From Paraspadella gotoi (Eukaryota > Animalia > Chaetognatha), in contig CM119266.1 in assembly GCA_051294375.1 (NCBI GenBank), positions 3,369,151 to 3,433,150 on the forward strand: a DNA stretch of 64,000 nucleotides. Reading direction: 5' to 3'. Shown here one piece after another: positions 40,030 to 58,000 of this stretch (the stretch's first letter is position 1; the number at the start of each line of letters is the position of its first letter). A program made the translations under genes and the position numbers. Below the pieces are notes generated by a model. The model made no database searches. It had not been told where the DNA came from and saw only the letters and a program-made list of their open reading frames with translations.

Positions 40030-43000
40030 AAAAAATACATAAATACATAAATAAATAAATACATAAATAAATACATACATAAATATATACATAAATACAT
40101 ACATAAATAAATACATACATACATATATACTTACATTAAGTATATAAATAAATAAATAAATAAATAGATAAATAAATAAATATATAGATAAATAAATATA
40201 TAAATAAATATATAAAAAATAAATATATAAATAAATATATAAATAAATATATAAATAAATATAAGAATAAATAAATATATAAATAAATAAATAAATATAT
40301 AAATGAATATATTAATAAATAAATAAATATATAAATTTATAAATACATTAATATCTTTGATAATGTTTTAAAGTAAAAATTTTTGTTAAACTTGAACATT
40401 TTAAGCTCTGGCCATTTTTGGACGACTACGTGAGCGAATTCGTAACGACGACTCTGCAGAAGACGATTCAAGATACAGTCAAGGTAAGGATACTGATCGC
40501 AGCTCTGATGCGATCAAGATTAACTCAATTGCATAATCTGAAGTTGCGAAACTAACCAAACTTTCAAGTAAAAGTCATTTGACAATATTTTTCAAAAACA
40601 CCCACGTTTGAGTTTAAAAAGAATTAAGGTTGACGAATTACATTAAAGGTTAGGGAGAGAGAAAAAGCTTAAGATTTGGTTTAAGGATTAGGATAGAAAT
40701 TTGGTTAAATATTTGGTTTAAGGATTAGGTTAGGAATTCGGTTAAAGATTTGCTTGGGGATTAAGGTTTAGGTTAAAAGGATAAGATTAGGCAATAAGGT
40801 AGGGACCGGCACAACAATTTTGTATTTTCTTTCTGCCTTTCATGAATGAATTTAAACCTTTAATCAGACCCCCACCAGCGTCAATTGATCATTCATTGCC
40901 ATTTTGATTGGTAATTTTTAGAGTATGATTTTGTCAATTTTTGTCAATTTGTCAATTTTAAGCAATATATGGCTATGTCTTAACTACTATCAAAAAAAAA
41001 CTTTAAAGATCAACAACAAAATTTAATTTTCATTTATTTTGATGGGGTATCGTTAAATTTAAAATTCATTATAATTTTGACTTAGTTTGACTTAGTTTGA
41101 CCCTGTAAAGAGGTTTCAGCAAAAATAATTTTAAAATTGTATCTTGAATGCCACAAGAACAAAAAGTTGAGCTCTTGAGATGCAACGCTATCGGAATCGT
41201 GCGTTTTTACATTTTTTGGTATTCTCATCGCCTTCTCCATCACTTTCCTCTATTCTCATCGCCTTCTCCATCACTTTCCTCTATTCTCATCGCCTTCTTC
41301 ATCACTTTCCTCTATTCTCATCGCCTTCTCCATCACTTTCCTCTATTCTCATCGCCTTCTCCATCACTTTCCTCTATTCTCATCGCCTTCTCCATCACTT
41401 TCCTCTATTCTCATCGCCTTCTCCATCACTTTCCCCCAATAGAGCTACAGCATCGACAAGTTCACCTTCGAGAAGATGACTCTGGGCGACGACCCACTTC
41501 GCGTCGACAGCGTCAAGATGTTGAAGATGGAGACGACGGAGCGGGCGGAGGAGGTCGTCTTTGATCTGGAGATCTCGTATAAAGGAGATGCGCAGGTGAG
41601 GGAAGGAGGGCGGGTGCTCAAACAATCAATCAATTATTAAAGAAGATTAATGAAAAAATCTGAATGATTGATACGATAACGAATTATTGATGTAATAGTA
41701 ATTGATTATTGATGCAATAATAATGAATTATTAATGCGATGATAACCAATTATTTATATGATGATAACCAATTATTTACGCAATTATAACCAATTATTGA
41801 TGCGATGATAACCAATTATTGATGTGATGATAGTCATTCATTGACGTGAAAAAATAAATAAATAAAAAAATAAATAAAAAAATAAATAAATTAAAAAATA
41901 AAATCAAAACACCACTAATTGCAGTTACCATTTAATCAAACAATCAATCATTTTTTCAATAAATCAATTATAACAAAGCTGTTACCCATATCAATCACCC
42001 CCCCCCCAAATTAAGGTCAAAGTTGACCTTGTCTACATCGCCGTCCCGATGCGAGTCGGCATCAAGAATCTCTCCTTCAACGGGAAACTCCGGGTGGAGA
42101 TGCAGAACTTTTGCGGACAGGTGCCGATCGTGGGCTCCATCTGCTGCTTCTTCCTCAACGACCCCGTCGTCGACTTCGATCTGACGAACATCGCCGACTT
42201 CATGGACGTGCCTGTCTTGAAGACGAAGATGATGGGGCTCATCAAGGGAACCATCGCCTACATGATGGTGCTGCCCAACAGGTTTGATGATCAATATATT
42301 AATCAGATGAGGAGCTCGATCATTCATCCAATGAATCCGTTAGTCGTAGGGCGTTGAAAATAACGAAATATAACAATCAAGTGAGGTACATAGCTATTTT
42401 AGTGTAATAAAGTCTGTAGAATTCGATGATGATGACCATTTTTTGTATAGTCTCATCTTCTTGTCGGAAATGGCGATTTTTGTAGCATAAGGTACTATTA
42501 AAATGGAGAAAACATTGTAGAGTATAAGAAACTCAATTGATAAGATTTTATAAAAGCCATATTTAACTTACATAATATGAAAATAAAGACCATATAAATA
42601 TTTTGGTAAGTTTATTTACAAATTTTATATTTTATTAATAGTTTGTTAGCTATATTATTAATAAATAATAATAAAAAATAAGCTAAAGTGAAAAAATAAA
42701 AAAATTAAAATTTAAAAACCGGATTTGAATTCCTTACAAAAAGTTGATATAAGAAAGTATAATCTATTTTAAATAATTCTTTCATTAAGTAAGTTAAAAA
42801 TTTTAAAAAACTATTATTTTTGTTTACTTTTTCAATTTTGGTTTAAAATTATAGTTTTTCTAAATTTTGACCACATTATGACATAATTTGATATAAAAAT
42901 TATATTTTCTTATATCAACTTTTTGCAAAAAATGCAAATCCATGAAGAAAATTTTGAAATTATTATTTTTTAACTTACCTAATTTTTACTCATAATTATT

Positions 43001-45767
43001 AATAAATATAGTTAACTAACTTTTTATAAAACATAAAATTTAGAAATAAACTTACCAAAATATTTTATAATCTTTATTTTTATATTTTCAAAAGCTCATA
43101 TAATTTTATAAAATTTTAATAATTTGATTTATCATAACTTATAATGGTTTTGTATTTTATAACAATTTTATATACATTAAAAAACCGTCATTTCGGACAA
43201 GAAAGATAAAATTATAAAAAAATGGTCATCACCATCAATTCTACAGACTACATTACACTAAAATAGCTATGTACCTCACTTGATTTGTTATATTTTGTTA
43301 TTTTTCAACGCTCTAGTAGTCGGCATAGCAAAGTTCACCCCGCCTCTTAGCATGAATCCTTCAGTCGTGACCCGGTGGCTCATTGAGTAAAGCCATCAGC
43401 TCATGACCACTAGGTACCGGGTTCAATCCCAACCCGGTACCTACTTTGCGGGAAGTGTGAGGACGGCCGTAAGCCGCCTTGGGGGCGTGGAAAACCCTCA
43501 AGCCTGGTTCCAAGCCCAGGACCCGTTCGATAGCTGCTAGAGGGGTTATAGAAGTTACGGAAAGTCATCTTCAGCCCACTTAGCGCCTTATCCACAATTC
43601 AATCAATCGAATTCGTCAATCAATGAGTCAAAAAATAAATCTCTCTATGAATCTCTTAATCAATCAACATCTTAATCAAATCAATCTCTTAACCAATCAA
43701 TCAATTAATTACGAAAATAATTTCTTAATAAATCTTGTAGACTAACTAGTGACTGGAAATCTATTCTTCTAAAGAAAAAACATAATAATTAAACAATTCA
43801 AATAATTAATAAATAATTAAACAATTCACTCAGATATCCTGTCCCCCTGATGAACGACGTGGACACCAACCTCCTGCGCAACCCGCTTCCCAAAGGCATC
43901 CTCCGCCTTCACCTCATCGACGCCGTCAACTTGAAGTTTCTTGTCAAGGCGGACCTTACGTGGCGGCCAAAGTGGGCGACAGAAGAAAACGAGCACCAGA
44001 ATGAGGTGGTTTTGGGAGGGGGTGAAGAGGGGGTAGGGGCTGTGATTGGGGGTTGTTTAAAGGGATTTGTTTGGGGTTGTGGAGGAGTTTGTTGTGGGGA
44101 TTGTGTTTGTAGAGCAGATTATGCTGGGCGGTTGTGGTTGCGATAGCTTAAAGATTTGTTTAAGGGTTCGTGGTGTGGGTTGATTTAAGGATTTTGGTGA
44201 AGACTTTTTAAGATCGTGGCTAAGACAAGGTTTGATTTACGGATTTGGAGATTTAGATTTTGAGTGAGTTAAAAAGGTTTTCTCACATTGCCTGTCTGTA
44301 TGTCTGTCAAAATAACGAGAAAGATTCCTCTCTCAGGACAACGAGGATCCAGTGTGGAATCAAATCCTGGAATTCGTGATTTGGTCTTCGGAACAACAAC
44401 TCGAAGTCTCCTTGATGGACGGGGACACCATGTTCGCCGACGCTGACGACCCGCTGGGGCATTACGAGATCAAGGTTGATGGGGGGAAGTTGGTTGGCGT
44501 GGTTCGAGGTAGTTGGAGTGGTGGTCTCAATTGATCAATTTATTTTTTGATTGGCTGATTAATTTTTAGACTTTTTTGGCCGATTGATTAATTGATTGAT
44601 ACTTAGACTTTTTACTGATTATTTCAGTTACTAATTTTTTTTTATTTATTGATTGCTTGACTCATTGACCGATTAATTGATTTTTTTGATTTTTTTGATC
44701 GATCGACGGAATTAATTAATTGATCGATCGACTGATTATTGATTAACCAACCGCTTGCCTCTTCCCTTCAGGTGGCCACAGTCAAACGCCTCGGCTATCT
44801 TGCCCAAAGCGTCAAGCTCGAAGAGATGAAAGCCCACGACGCGCGACTCAACCTCCGACTCCTGTGGGCATCCTTCACCACAGACTTGCAACTCGGCAAA
44901 GCTCATTGTCCCGATGAGAATTACAACAGGAGACTCTTGCTCTCCCAAAAGTCGGTGTCGTCGTCGTCGTCGTCGTCGGGGGGAGCTGGGTGTGTTAAGA
45001 TGGGGTCGGGTGGGGTGGTTTGCGGAGGGTTNNNNNNNNNNGGGGGCAGAGTTGAAAACTGAAGGTGAGGGTGGTTTGCTTAATGGGGTCATCTTGCCAG
45101 ACAAACATTTCTTTACCAAGTTGTCATTTACTACATTTCAATAAACTCATTCTCTCTTGTTGTTTTCCTCTCTTTCTCCACTTCTTCCTTCTTTTCTTTT
45201 CCTCTTCCTCTCCTTTTTCCTTCTTTCCCATCCCTCCCTTCTCCTTATCTCGCCTCCCTCTAACTCTTCCCTCCTCCCGCTCACTCCCTCCCTCTCTCCC
45301 TCTCCCCTCGCAGATATCTCGATGCGGACGGGTACGACCCTCTACTCCAAAATGCTTCCCGCGCATTTCTCCTCGTTCATCTTTACGCCGCAGAGAATCT
45401 ACCGTCGGCGGCGGCGGCCAAAGCGGCGGGTGAGATCTCCAGAGCTTTGAAGGATGGACGGGTTGCCCGCTCGTGTTTTGTTTGCTAAGAAAAGAAAGAG
45501 TTAACAGGTTTATTCTAAAATCAATTATTAAAAAAAACTGTGGATAAGGAGCAAAGTGGGCTGAAGACTACTATCCGGAACTTTTATTCCCCCTCAGCAG
45601 CAATGGAACGGGACTGGGCTTGGAACCAGGTTTGAGGGTTTTCCACGAAACGAAATTTTCGTGAAACAACAATGGAATTTTATTTAGATAAAATTGGACA
45701 TTTCGCTCATTTCGAGCCTTCATCAGCATTTGAAAACCAAAAATAATTTTTCACAAACATTGAGTTG

Positions 45768-45833
<66 letters not shown>

Positions 45834-48800
45834 GAGAGTAAAGGGAGAGTTCTCCAACAAAGAATTGAGTAAAGGAAAGTGGTTAGATGTGAGGGCAGGT
45901 GAAGTTGAGGACAGAGGTGAAGAGAGAATGAATTTGAAATTGGTGAGAGAGAGAGAGAGAGTGAAAAATAAGTAGAGAAAGAGCTCAAAACAAACAACAA
46001 AAAGGCTTAACACAAAAATTTAATCTAATTTAAAGAATTATCTCTAATATCAAAGGAAACATAACAGACTGAGCCACCAAGCTTGTGCATGGATAATTTA
46101 TGCAATCATTGAGCCAGTAAGTATTGCTAACCTCTCTGTCTCTGTCAATAAGTTAGTCTCTACTTATTTGAGTCCCTTTCTAAATCTGTCTCTGCTTATT
46201 CTCTTTGATATAGACAAAATGTCTGTCTCTCTTACGATCTGCCCATCTGTCCATCCATCAGTCCAATCCGTCCCTCCACCCTGATCCAGGCGGCGTGAAG
46301 GCGATCCTGACCGTGATCGAGGGTCACGCCGAGATGACGAAAGAAGCCTCCAGCGTTCAAATCGACGCCTCTGCTCCCAAATGGGAAGAGGCCTTTCAGT
46401 TTCTGCTCAGGAATTTTCCGGAATATCAAAAGCTGTCGGTATCGATCGTGGATGCAAGCGAGAAGCAGGTGGGAGGCAATCAAAATCACTAAATCAAACA
46501 ATCAATTAAACAATCAATCAATCACTAACTTAATTGATAAATAAATAAATTAATCACAAAAAATACATCAAGCAAAAAAGCAGTAGTATTTAAATATTTA
46601 ATATTTAATATTTAATAATAACATGTCCGTATCTATTGAAAAAAAAATTCGTTGTAAAAGATTATAAAAACTTTGCTTTTCTCTGCTCACAAACTAACAA
46701 CGAAAAAAGAAGAATTATTACATCAATATTTAATATAAAAATTAATTAATCAATCAGTCAATACAAAAAAATAATCAGGTAACCAATCAGGCAATGAATC
46801 AACAATATAATAAACCTTTCAATCAACCAATCAATCAACAAATAAGGTCTTCGCCAAGTGGGTCTTCCCCCTAGTGGATGTCCTTCGCCTCGACCGCCTC
46901 ACTCTTCCTCGCCAATGGTTCAACGAAGGCGCCCACCCTTCCTCGTCCTCGCGGACTCGTCGGCACGCCGCTGCCGACCCTCCCCGGATCGAGTTGCGGC
47001 TCTGCCTCCGTCTCATGGACGTCGACAAGAACGTCATCGATGTGGAGGAGGCAGGACCGGAGGCGGTGGAGGGACGAGATGGCGTGGACAGGGGGAGAGC
47101 GGAGAGGATTGTGGATAAGAGAGCGGAGAGATCATTGGTGAGATTTGGGGCGGGGTTGTTGAAAGCAGGTTTTTGGGTGAAGGGTCTAGAAATAGAGATA
47201 AAACCAAAAAGGGAATATATATATAAGCGCTTATGGCAACAGCCGGGTTGCATATGATGCCCATTGGGATGGGGGATCTCACTGTTGGCTTTGGGGCTTC
47301 CGACCCTCAGTGACGCATCCTTTCACTGGCGCGCGTTACCCTAGGATGGTCTCGCTTTGCCAACGCAGAAGGAAATCGTTAGGACTGTGGATGGAACACA
47401 ACGCCTGGGATGTGTTATTCCCCTCAATGAGATTGGCTGAACGATGATGGACTGAATATACCGCCACAGGATCCCTGGGCCAAGACATCATTCAGGTTCT
47501 CCAGACCTGTCAACACTTACCATAGTGGGAGAGAGAGAGAGCACGAGTTGTGGGGGCATAGGCGTTTGTCGTAGTGTACCCGAAGTCGGCAGGGAATAGG
47601 AGTTTGTCGTAGCGTACCCTGAGAAGGTTGCGTGTTTGATAGTAGGGCTCACTACTTATGGCTACAGCCGGGTTGCCTGTGATGCCCATTGGGATGGGGC
47701 ATCTCACTGTTGACTTTGGGGGCTTACGACCCTCAGTGACACCTATATGATATAATTCAGGTAGGTAATTAAGATTTACGGGCAAAAAATTTGAAAACGA
47801 AAGAAGAAACAAAAAGAGTTTAGTAAGTGAAAAACTTATGATTCAATAAAGTTATTTAATCGAATTTGCATATTGCAGCATTTTGGATTACATGAAATAA
47901 TTTAGATATTTAAGAAACTTCCCTATAGGCTTTTAATTATCCGCCACCCACTTTAGGCCTCCACTCGACAACCACCCACATCTGCTACAGCTACTCCAAC
48001 TGCCGGTCCCCACCCTTCCTCAAACGCCCCGTCCTCCTGGCGCACTCTGCCCCGAGTCTCTCTGGATCAGATCGAAGGATCGGGTCTGCAGTCCAAGGGA
48101 GACGAAAGCAACTGTGGATTCGGACTCATCAGACTCACTGTGGAGATAAGGGAGGTGAGTCAAAGGTTCACTGAGGAGGATAGGCTAATAATCTAAGTGA
48201 AATTTCAGTGATCAATATATCGATATGAAGAAACAGTAATAATTGTTATGAGTTAGTGACAGAACTGTTCCATATAAGCTGTACCTGAGCTTCGGATCAG
48301 GCTGTAACACCGTGTTACAGGCAGGTTAAGTGCCCCGTCCCTCTTAACTGCTAGGCGACCACCGGGCTAGAACCCCGGACCTTTGGATTGGGAGGCGAAT
48401 GACTTGCCTCCTGCACCAATGGCCGCTGATGAACAGTTGGTGGATTTTATTCCACCATACATCCTCCCTCACATTGAAGCCATAGTAAGGTGGACAGCAG
48501 AAAATTTCATACAGCCTCGCTACCCAGCTGTAACCACTACACATTGAAGCCATCGTAAGGTGGACAGCAGAAAATTTCATACAGCCTTGCTACCCAGCTG
48601 TAACCATTAGGGAGAAGTCTGTTGTGTCTCTTTAGTGAATTGTTGTTGTTGGTGAAAAGTTTTGTCACCAAGTTGAGGCATGTCGCCTGATGTGTTGTTG
48701 GCAGAAAGTGCGTTGCCAGGTTGAGGCATGTTACCTGAAAGTGTTGTTGTTTCTGTTGTGTTCAAAAGTTGAGCTCACCAATGAAGAGCGTAATAATTGT

Positions 48801-49522
48801 TATGAGTTATTGACATAACCATTCTATATAAGCAGTCCCTGAGCTTCGGATCAGGCTGTAACGCAGTGTGACAGGCAGGTTAAGCGTCCCGTCCCTCTTA
48901 ACTGCTAGGCAACCACTGGGCTAGAACCCCGGACTTGCCTCTTGCAGCAATGGCAACTGATGAACGGTTGGCGGACTTTAGTCCATCAAGATATTTATAA
49001 GTAGAATTTAATGACTCTCGTGAACCCATAAAATCCATAAAAATCCTACAGGTGAACCTCCTCCATGTGATCGTCCACGAGTGCCAAGGCCTCGTCGCCG
49101 CCGACAAAGAAGGAAACACCGACCCCTACGTTAAGATCTCAATCTTGGACAAAGGAGACTCGCAGAAGACAAAGGTTGTCGAGGACAATCTCAACCCAAG
49201 ATTCGAGCAGGTCAGGACAATGAAGTGTAATTCCAACTGGCGATTGAGGTCATGACAACGCCAACTTGAGATTCGAAGTACCAAGTGGCGCAATGACATG
49301 TCGTGCAATGCTTTTCCACCCCCCCCATTCAAGCCGTTCTCCTTCAACCTGGGTCGCGAGATCGTCCAACAGCATCGCCTCCAAGTCGTCGCCAAAAACG
49401 ACAAAGGATTCTTCAGTCGCGAAGTCGGCGAAGTTGGTCGCAGAGTCGTTGACCTAGCCGACTTCAAGATCAATCAGACTGTCACCAGGTGGTTCGCCCT
49501 CAAAGCCCCTGAGGACGACTGA
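38488..49522 (+). CDS. Esyt: Extended synaptotagmin (E-Syt2/3-like; membrane hairpin, SMP, three C2 domains; ~788 aa). Exons 38488-38631, 39620-39809, 40406-40483, 41443-41595, 42016-42281, 43834-44005, 44337-44474, 44772-44950, 45314-45429, 46290-46468, 46847-47050 (or 47065), 47957-48154, 49052-49210, 49334-49522
   Basis: SMP motifs PSWIYFPNRERAEWLNKTLKQLWPFL, FTFEKMTLGDDPLRV and MVLPNR. C2 motifs GILRLHLIDA, DPVWNQ, PKWEEAFQF, DPYVKISIL...LNPRFEQ and WFAL. Splice phases are consistent; exon 2 needs two single-base corrections. AATAAA at ~49713. Confidence 0.93.
39935..40345. repeat. Compound (AAAG)n/(ATAC)n/(AAAT)n microsatellite in E-Syt intron 2
   Basis: Directly visible simple repeats. 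Confidence 0.9.
41221..41433 (+). repeat. 31-bp minisatellite x7 abutting the E-Syt exon 4 acceptor
   Basis: ATTCTCATCGCCTTCTCCATCACTTTCCTCT at 41221, 41252, 41283, 41314, 41345, 41376, 41407. Confidence 0.95.
42347..43315. mobile_element. Foldback/MITE with ~430-bp inverted arms (hAT-like termini)
   Basis: TAGGGCGTTGAAAA ... TTTTCAACGCTCTA termini. The arms pair along their length (e.g. AAGTGAGGTACATAGCTATTTTAGTGTAA and its reverse complement). Imperfect flanking duplication (g)TAGTCG. Confidence 0.85.
43365..43597 (+). mobile_element. tRNA-derived SINE family 2 (3' half again at 45537-45648, minus strand)
   Basis: A-box GGTGGCTCATTGAG, CAT anticodon-like loop and B-box GGTTCAATCCC. Body GTGGAAAACCCTCAAGCCTGGTTCCAAGCCCAG is shared with the inverted copy. 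Confidence 0.75.
47229..47742 (-). mobile_element. Interspersed repeat family 3 (47229-47470 plus partial 47655-47742; another copy 50830-51090)
   Basis: Shared ATGCCCATTGGGATGGG...CGACCCTCAGTGAC...ACCCTAGGA...GAATATACCGCCACA blocks at separate loci. Confidence 0.75.
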
Positions 49523-50518
49523 ATTGCGGGGAGCAGGTGGGCGTACATAGAGGTCGCGTGGAAGATTTGTGATGGCTGTGGATAAAGAAGCGGTTGGATG
49601 ATCCTGCTGATAGCGGAAAAGGGGGAGGGAATTGGTGAAAGATGGTTCAATAGTGGGCTTTAATGATCGTAAACTTTTGTAATATGTGTATAGAAAATGA
49701 CATATGTTTATCAATAAAATTATATTTTATAATTGCTGGGTTCTTTTTATTCATTTAGAATTAGATTTTCGGTTTTACGTATTGAAAGAATAAATTATGA
49801 AATCCTTGACCTGTTTTGGTTTATAGTAGACCGATCCATTCCGTTTTACTGAATAAGTCAGCATTTATTAAGAACGTCGAATTATGGTACAATCGTAAAA
49901 GAGCAATATTATTATTACTAAAAATATTTTAATATTTTTTAATGATTTGATTTGGATTTTAGACTATTAGTCTTCTTAGAAATAAACTTAAACGGTTACG
50001 TCTTTGGTCTCATACTATTTATAATAGTTTTATCATTGAAACAGAGTGCTTGTGGTAGTTAAAAGATAAGACGCCCGACGATTTAATTTCATTCTTATAG
50101 CCGAAACATGTCTGTTTAAATAAAAAAGACTCAGTCTTTATTTCAAACTCAATTCGAAACACTACGAAAAAGAAAGAATTTTCGCAATGTCTTATTCTTA
50201 ATAAGTCTATAGTTTGGATCCCGCTCACTAACAATAGTAACAATACATCCTTATTTCTTTGATACAATATTCAAATTTAAATTAATAAAAAATGATTAAG
50301 AATTAATAATGAAGAATCAATTACTTGTAGGGCAACGCGGCAACACGATCCTCATTAAAATAATTGATTTCTACTTTCTTTGAAAAGATTCACCGTTTTC
50401 CGCAAAGGCGTAGCTCCTTTTCCGCCGTCTTGACATTATTGTCTTTCTCATCACCTTAATTGTCATCTTCAACGGTCGTTCGCCGTTCGGCATCGTCTCT
50501 CGCCACGCCGACTAGAAA

Positions 50519-56666
<6,148 letters not shown>

Positions 56667-57658
56667 CTACGTAACTCACTACATTTTTTTTCTGTCAGAA
56701 AAAAAATACTTCCCAGTTATGATAATAGCTTAAGCTTTAACTTTTCGCTAGTAATTTAATTTCCGAAATGATTCACTACAAAAAGTCTAAATCACAGTTT
56801 TCCATATTTTAAAAACTGTATCAATGAAGCTGTTCCTTTATTTTTGAAGATCAATTCAAATCGCCCTCTACTTTAAACAAGTCACTCAGGATATTCAAGA
56901 ACAAAAGAACACTTTCATAACATAAGCGGCTTTTAGCTTTTAGCATTCATACGAGGTCGACATGATTATGAATCGATTAAGCATAAGCTTAGTTCAGCAC
57001 TATTTATATAATACTGCTACTTATCCAGTGGCTATAAGTATTTACTAATATAGTTTGTGAATAGGAATAAAAACTTTATAATTCGGGAAACTAGACTTCT
57101 ATTGCGAATGAACAATCAACTTGGGCATCGAAATTCAATCAAAACGAATTTAACAGACAAAATTGGAAATAATTTCTTAACTAAAAAAATAATAATATTT
57201 GCGCTGAAACTAATACTAAAAAAAAACATTAATAAAAAAATAATCGAATTAATCTTTTTTATAACCAAAATTCAATATTTATTCAAATTAACAATTTCAC
57301 CACAACTTATAATTCTTATTGTTATCGTTCGTCGTGTGGTAATTAAATCAATTTTATAATAATTACAATAAACAATAACTAAAAATGTCTCGTCATTATA
57401 TCGTAATCATCGTTAGAATACGAATCAAAAAAGTCAAAAAATGAGAATTTGTTTATATAATTATTTTCATCTAAAAATAATAACAAGTAGTAATATCTGA
57501 TGCGCGTCTGTACAGGAAAACATATTGCTTCTCTTTGTATCAATTTAAAAAAAAAAGAGAGACTTGTTCTTTTTAAAGGTCACTTGAATTCGTTGCAATT
57601 CGGTACAATTTATAATTTCACAATGATATGCTAGAAATACGGTTCGTCAACGAAAGGG

Positions 57659-57751
<93 letters not shown>

Positions 57752-58000
57752 TGACCAGAGTACGGTTTCAAGGAGCTACTCTCCCCTGTGATTGATTGAT
57801 TGACTTTTCGCAATCGTTCGGCTTCGCGTCAATGACGCCAATTCTCTTTCCTCCGCCTTTCGCGCCACATCTTCTCGCGCCAAACGCTATTACGCCACAA
57901 TATCGCCATATCCGCTCTCTCCTTCACGTCACAAACTTCATCCTTTACGCCACATCCTCTCTCTCCTTCACGCCACATACTACATTCTTCACGCCATCCT

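Noticed and set aside
40620-40810. Interstitial telomere
   Set aside because: Only degenerate TTAAGG/TTAGG-like units, most likely a decayed repeat element like the MITE at 53090-53271.
41221-41433. CRISPR-like array (31-bp repeats; also the 21-bp and 330-bp arrays)
   Set aside because: Repeats are contiguous with no unique spacers, the context is eukaryotic introns, and there are no cas genes.
43365-43445. tRNA gene calls for SINE heads (also 11545-11610 and 62040-62115)
   Set aside because: Cloverleaf stems are broken and each head is fused to a repeat body, so these are SINEs rather than functional tRNAs.
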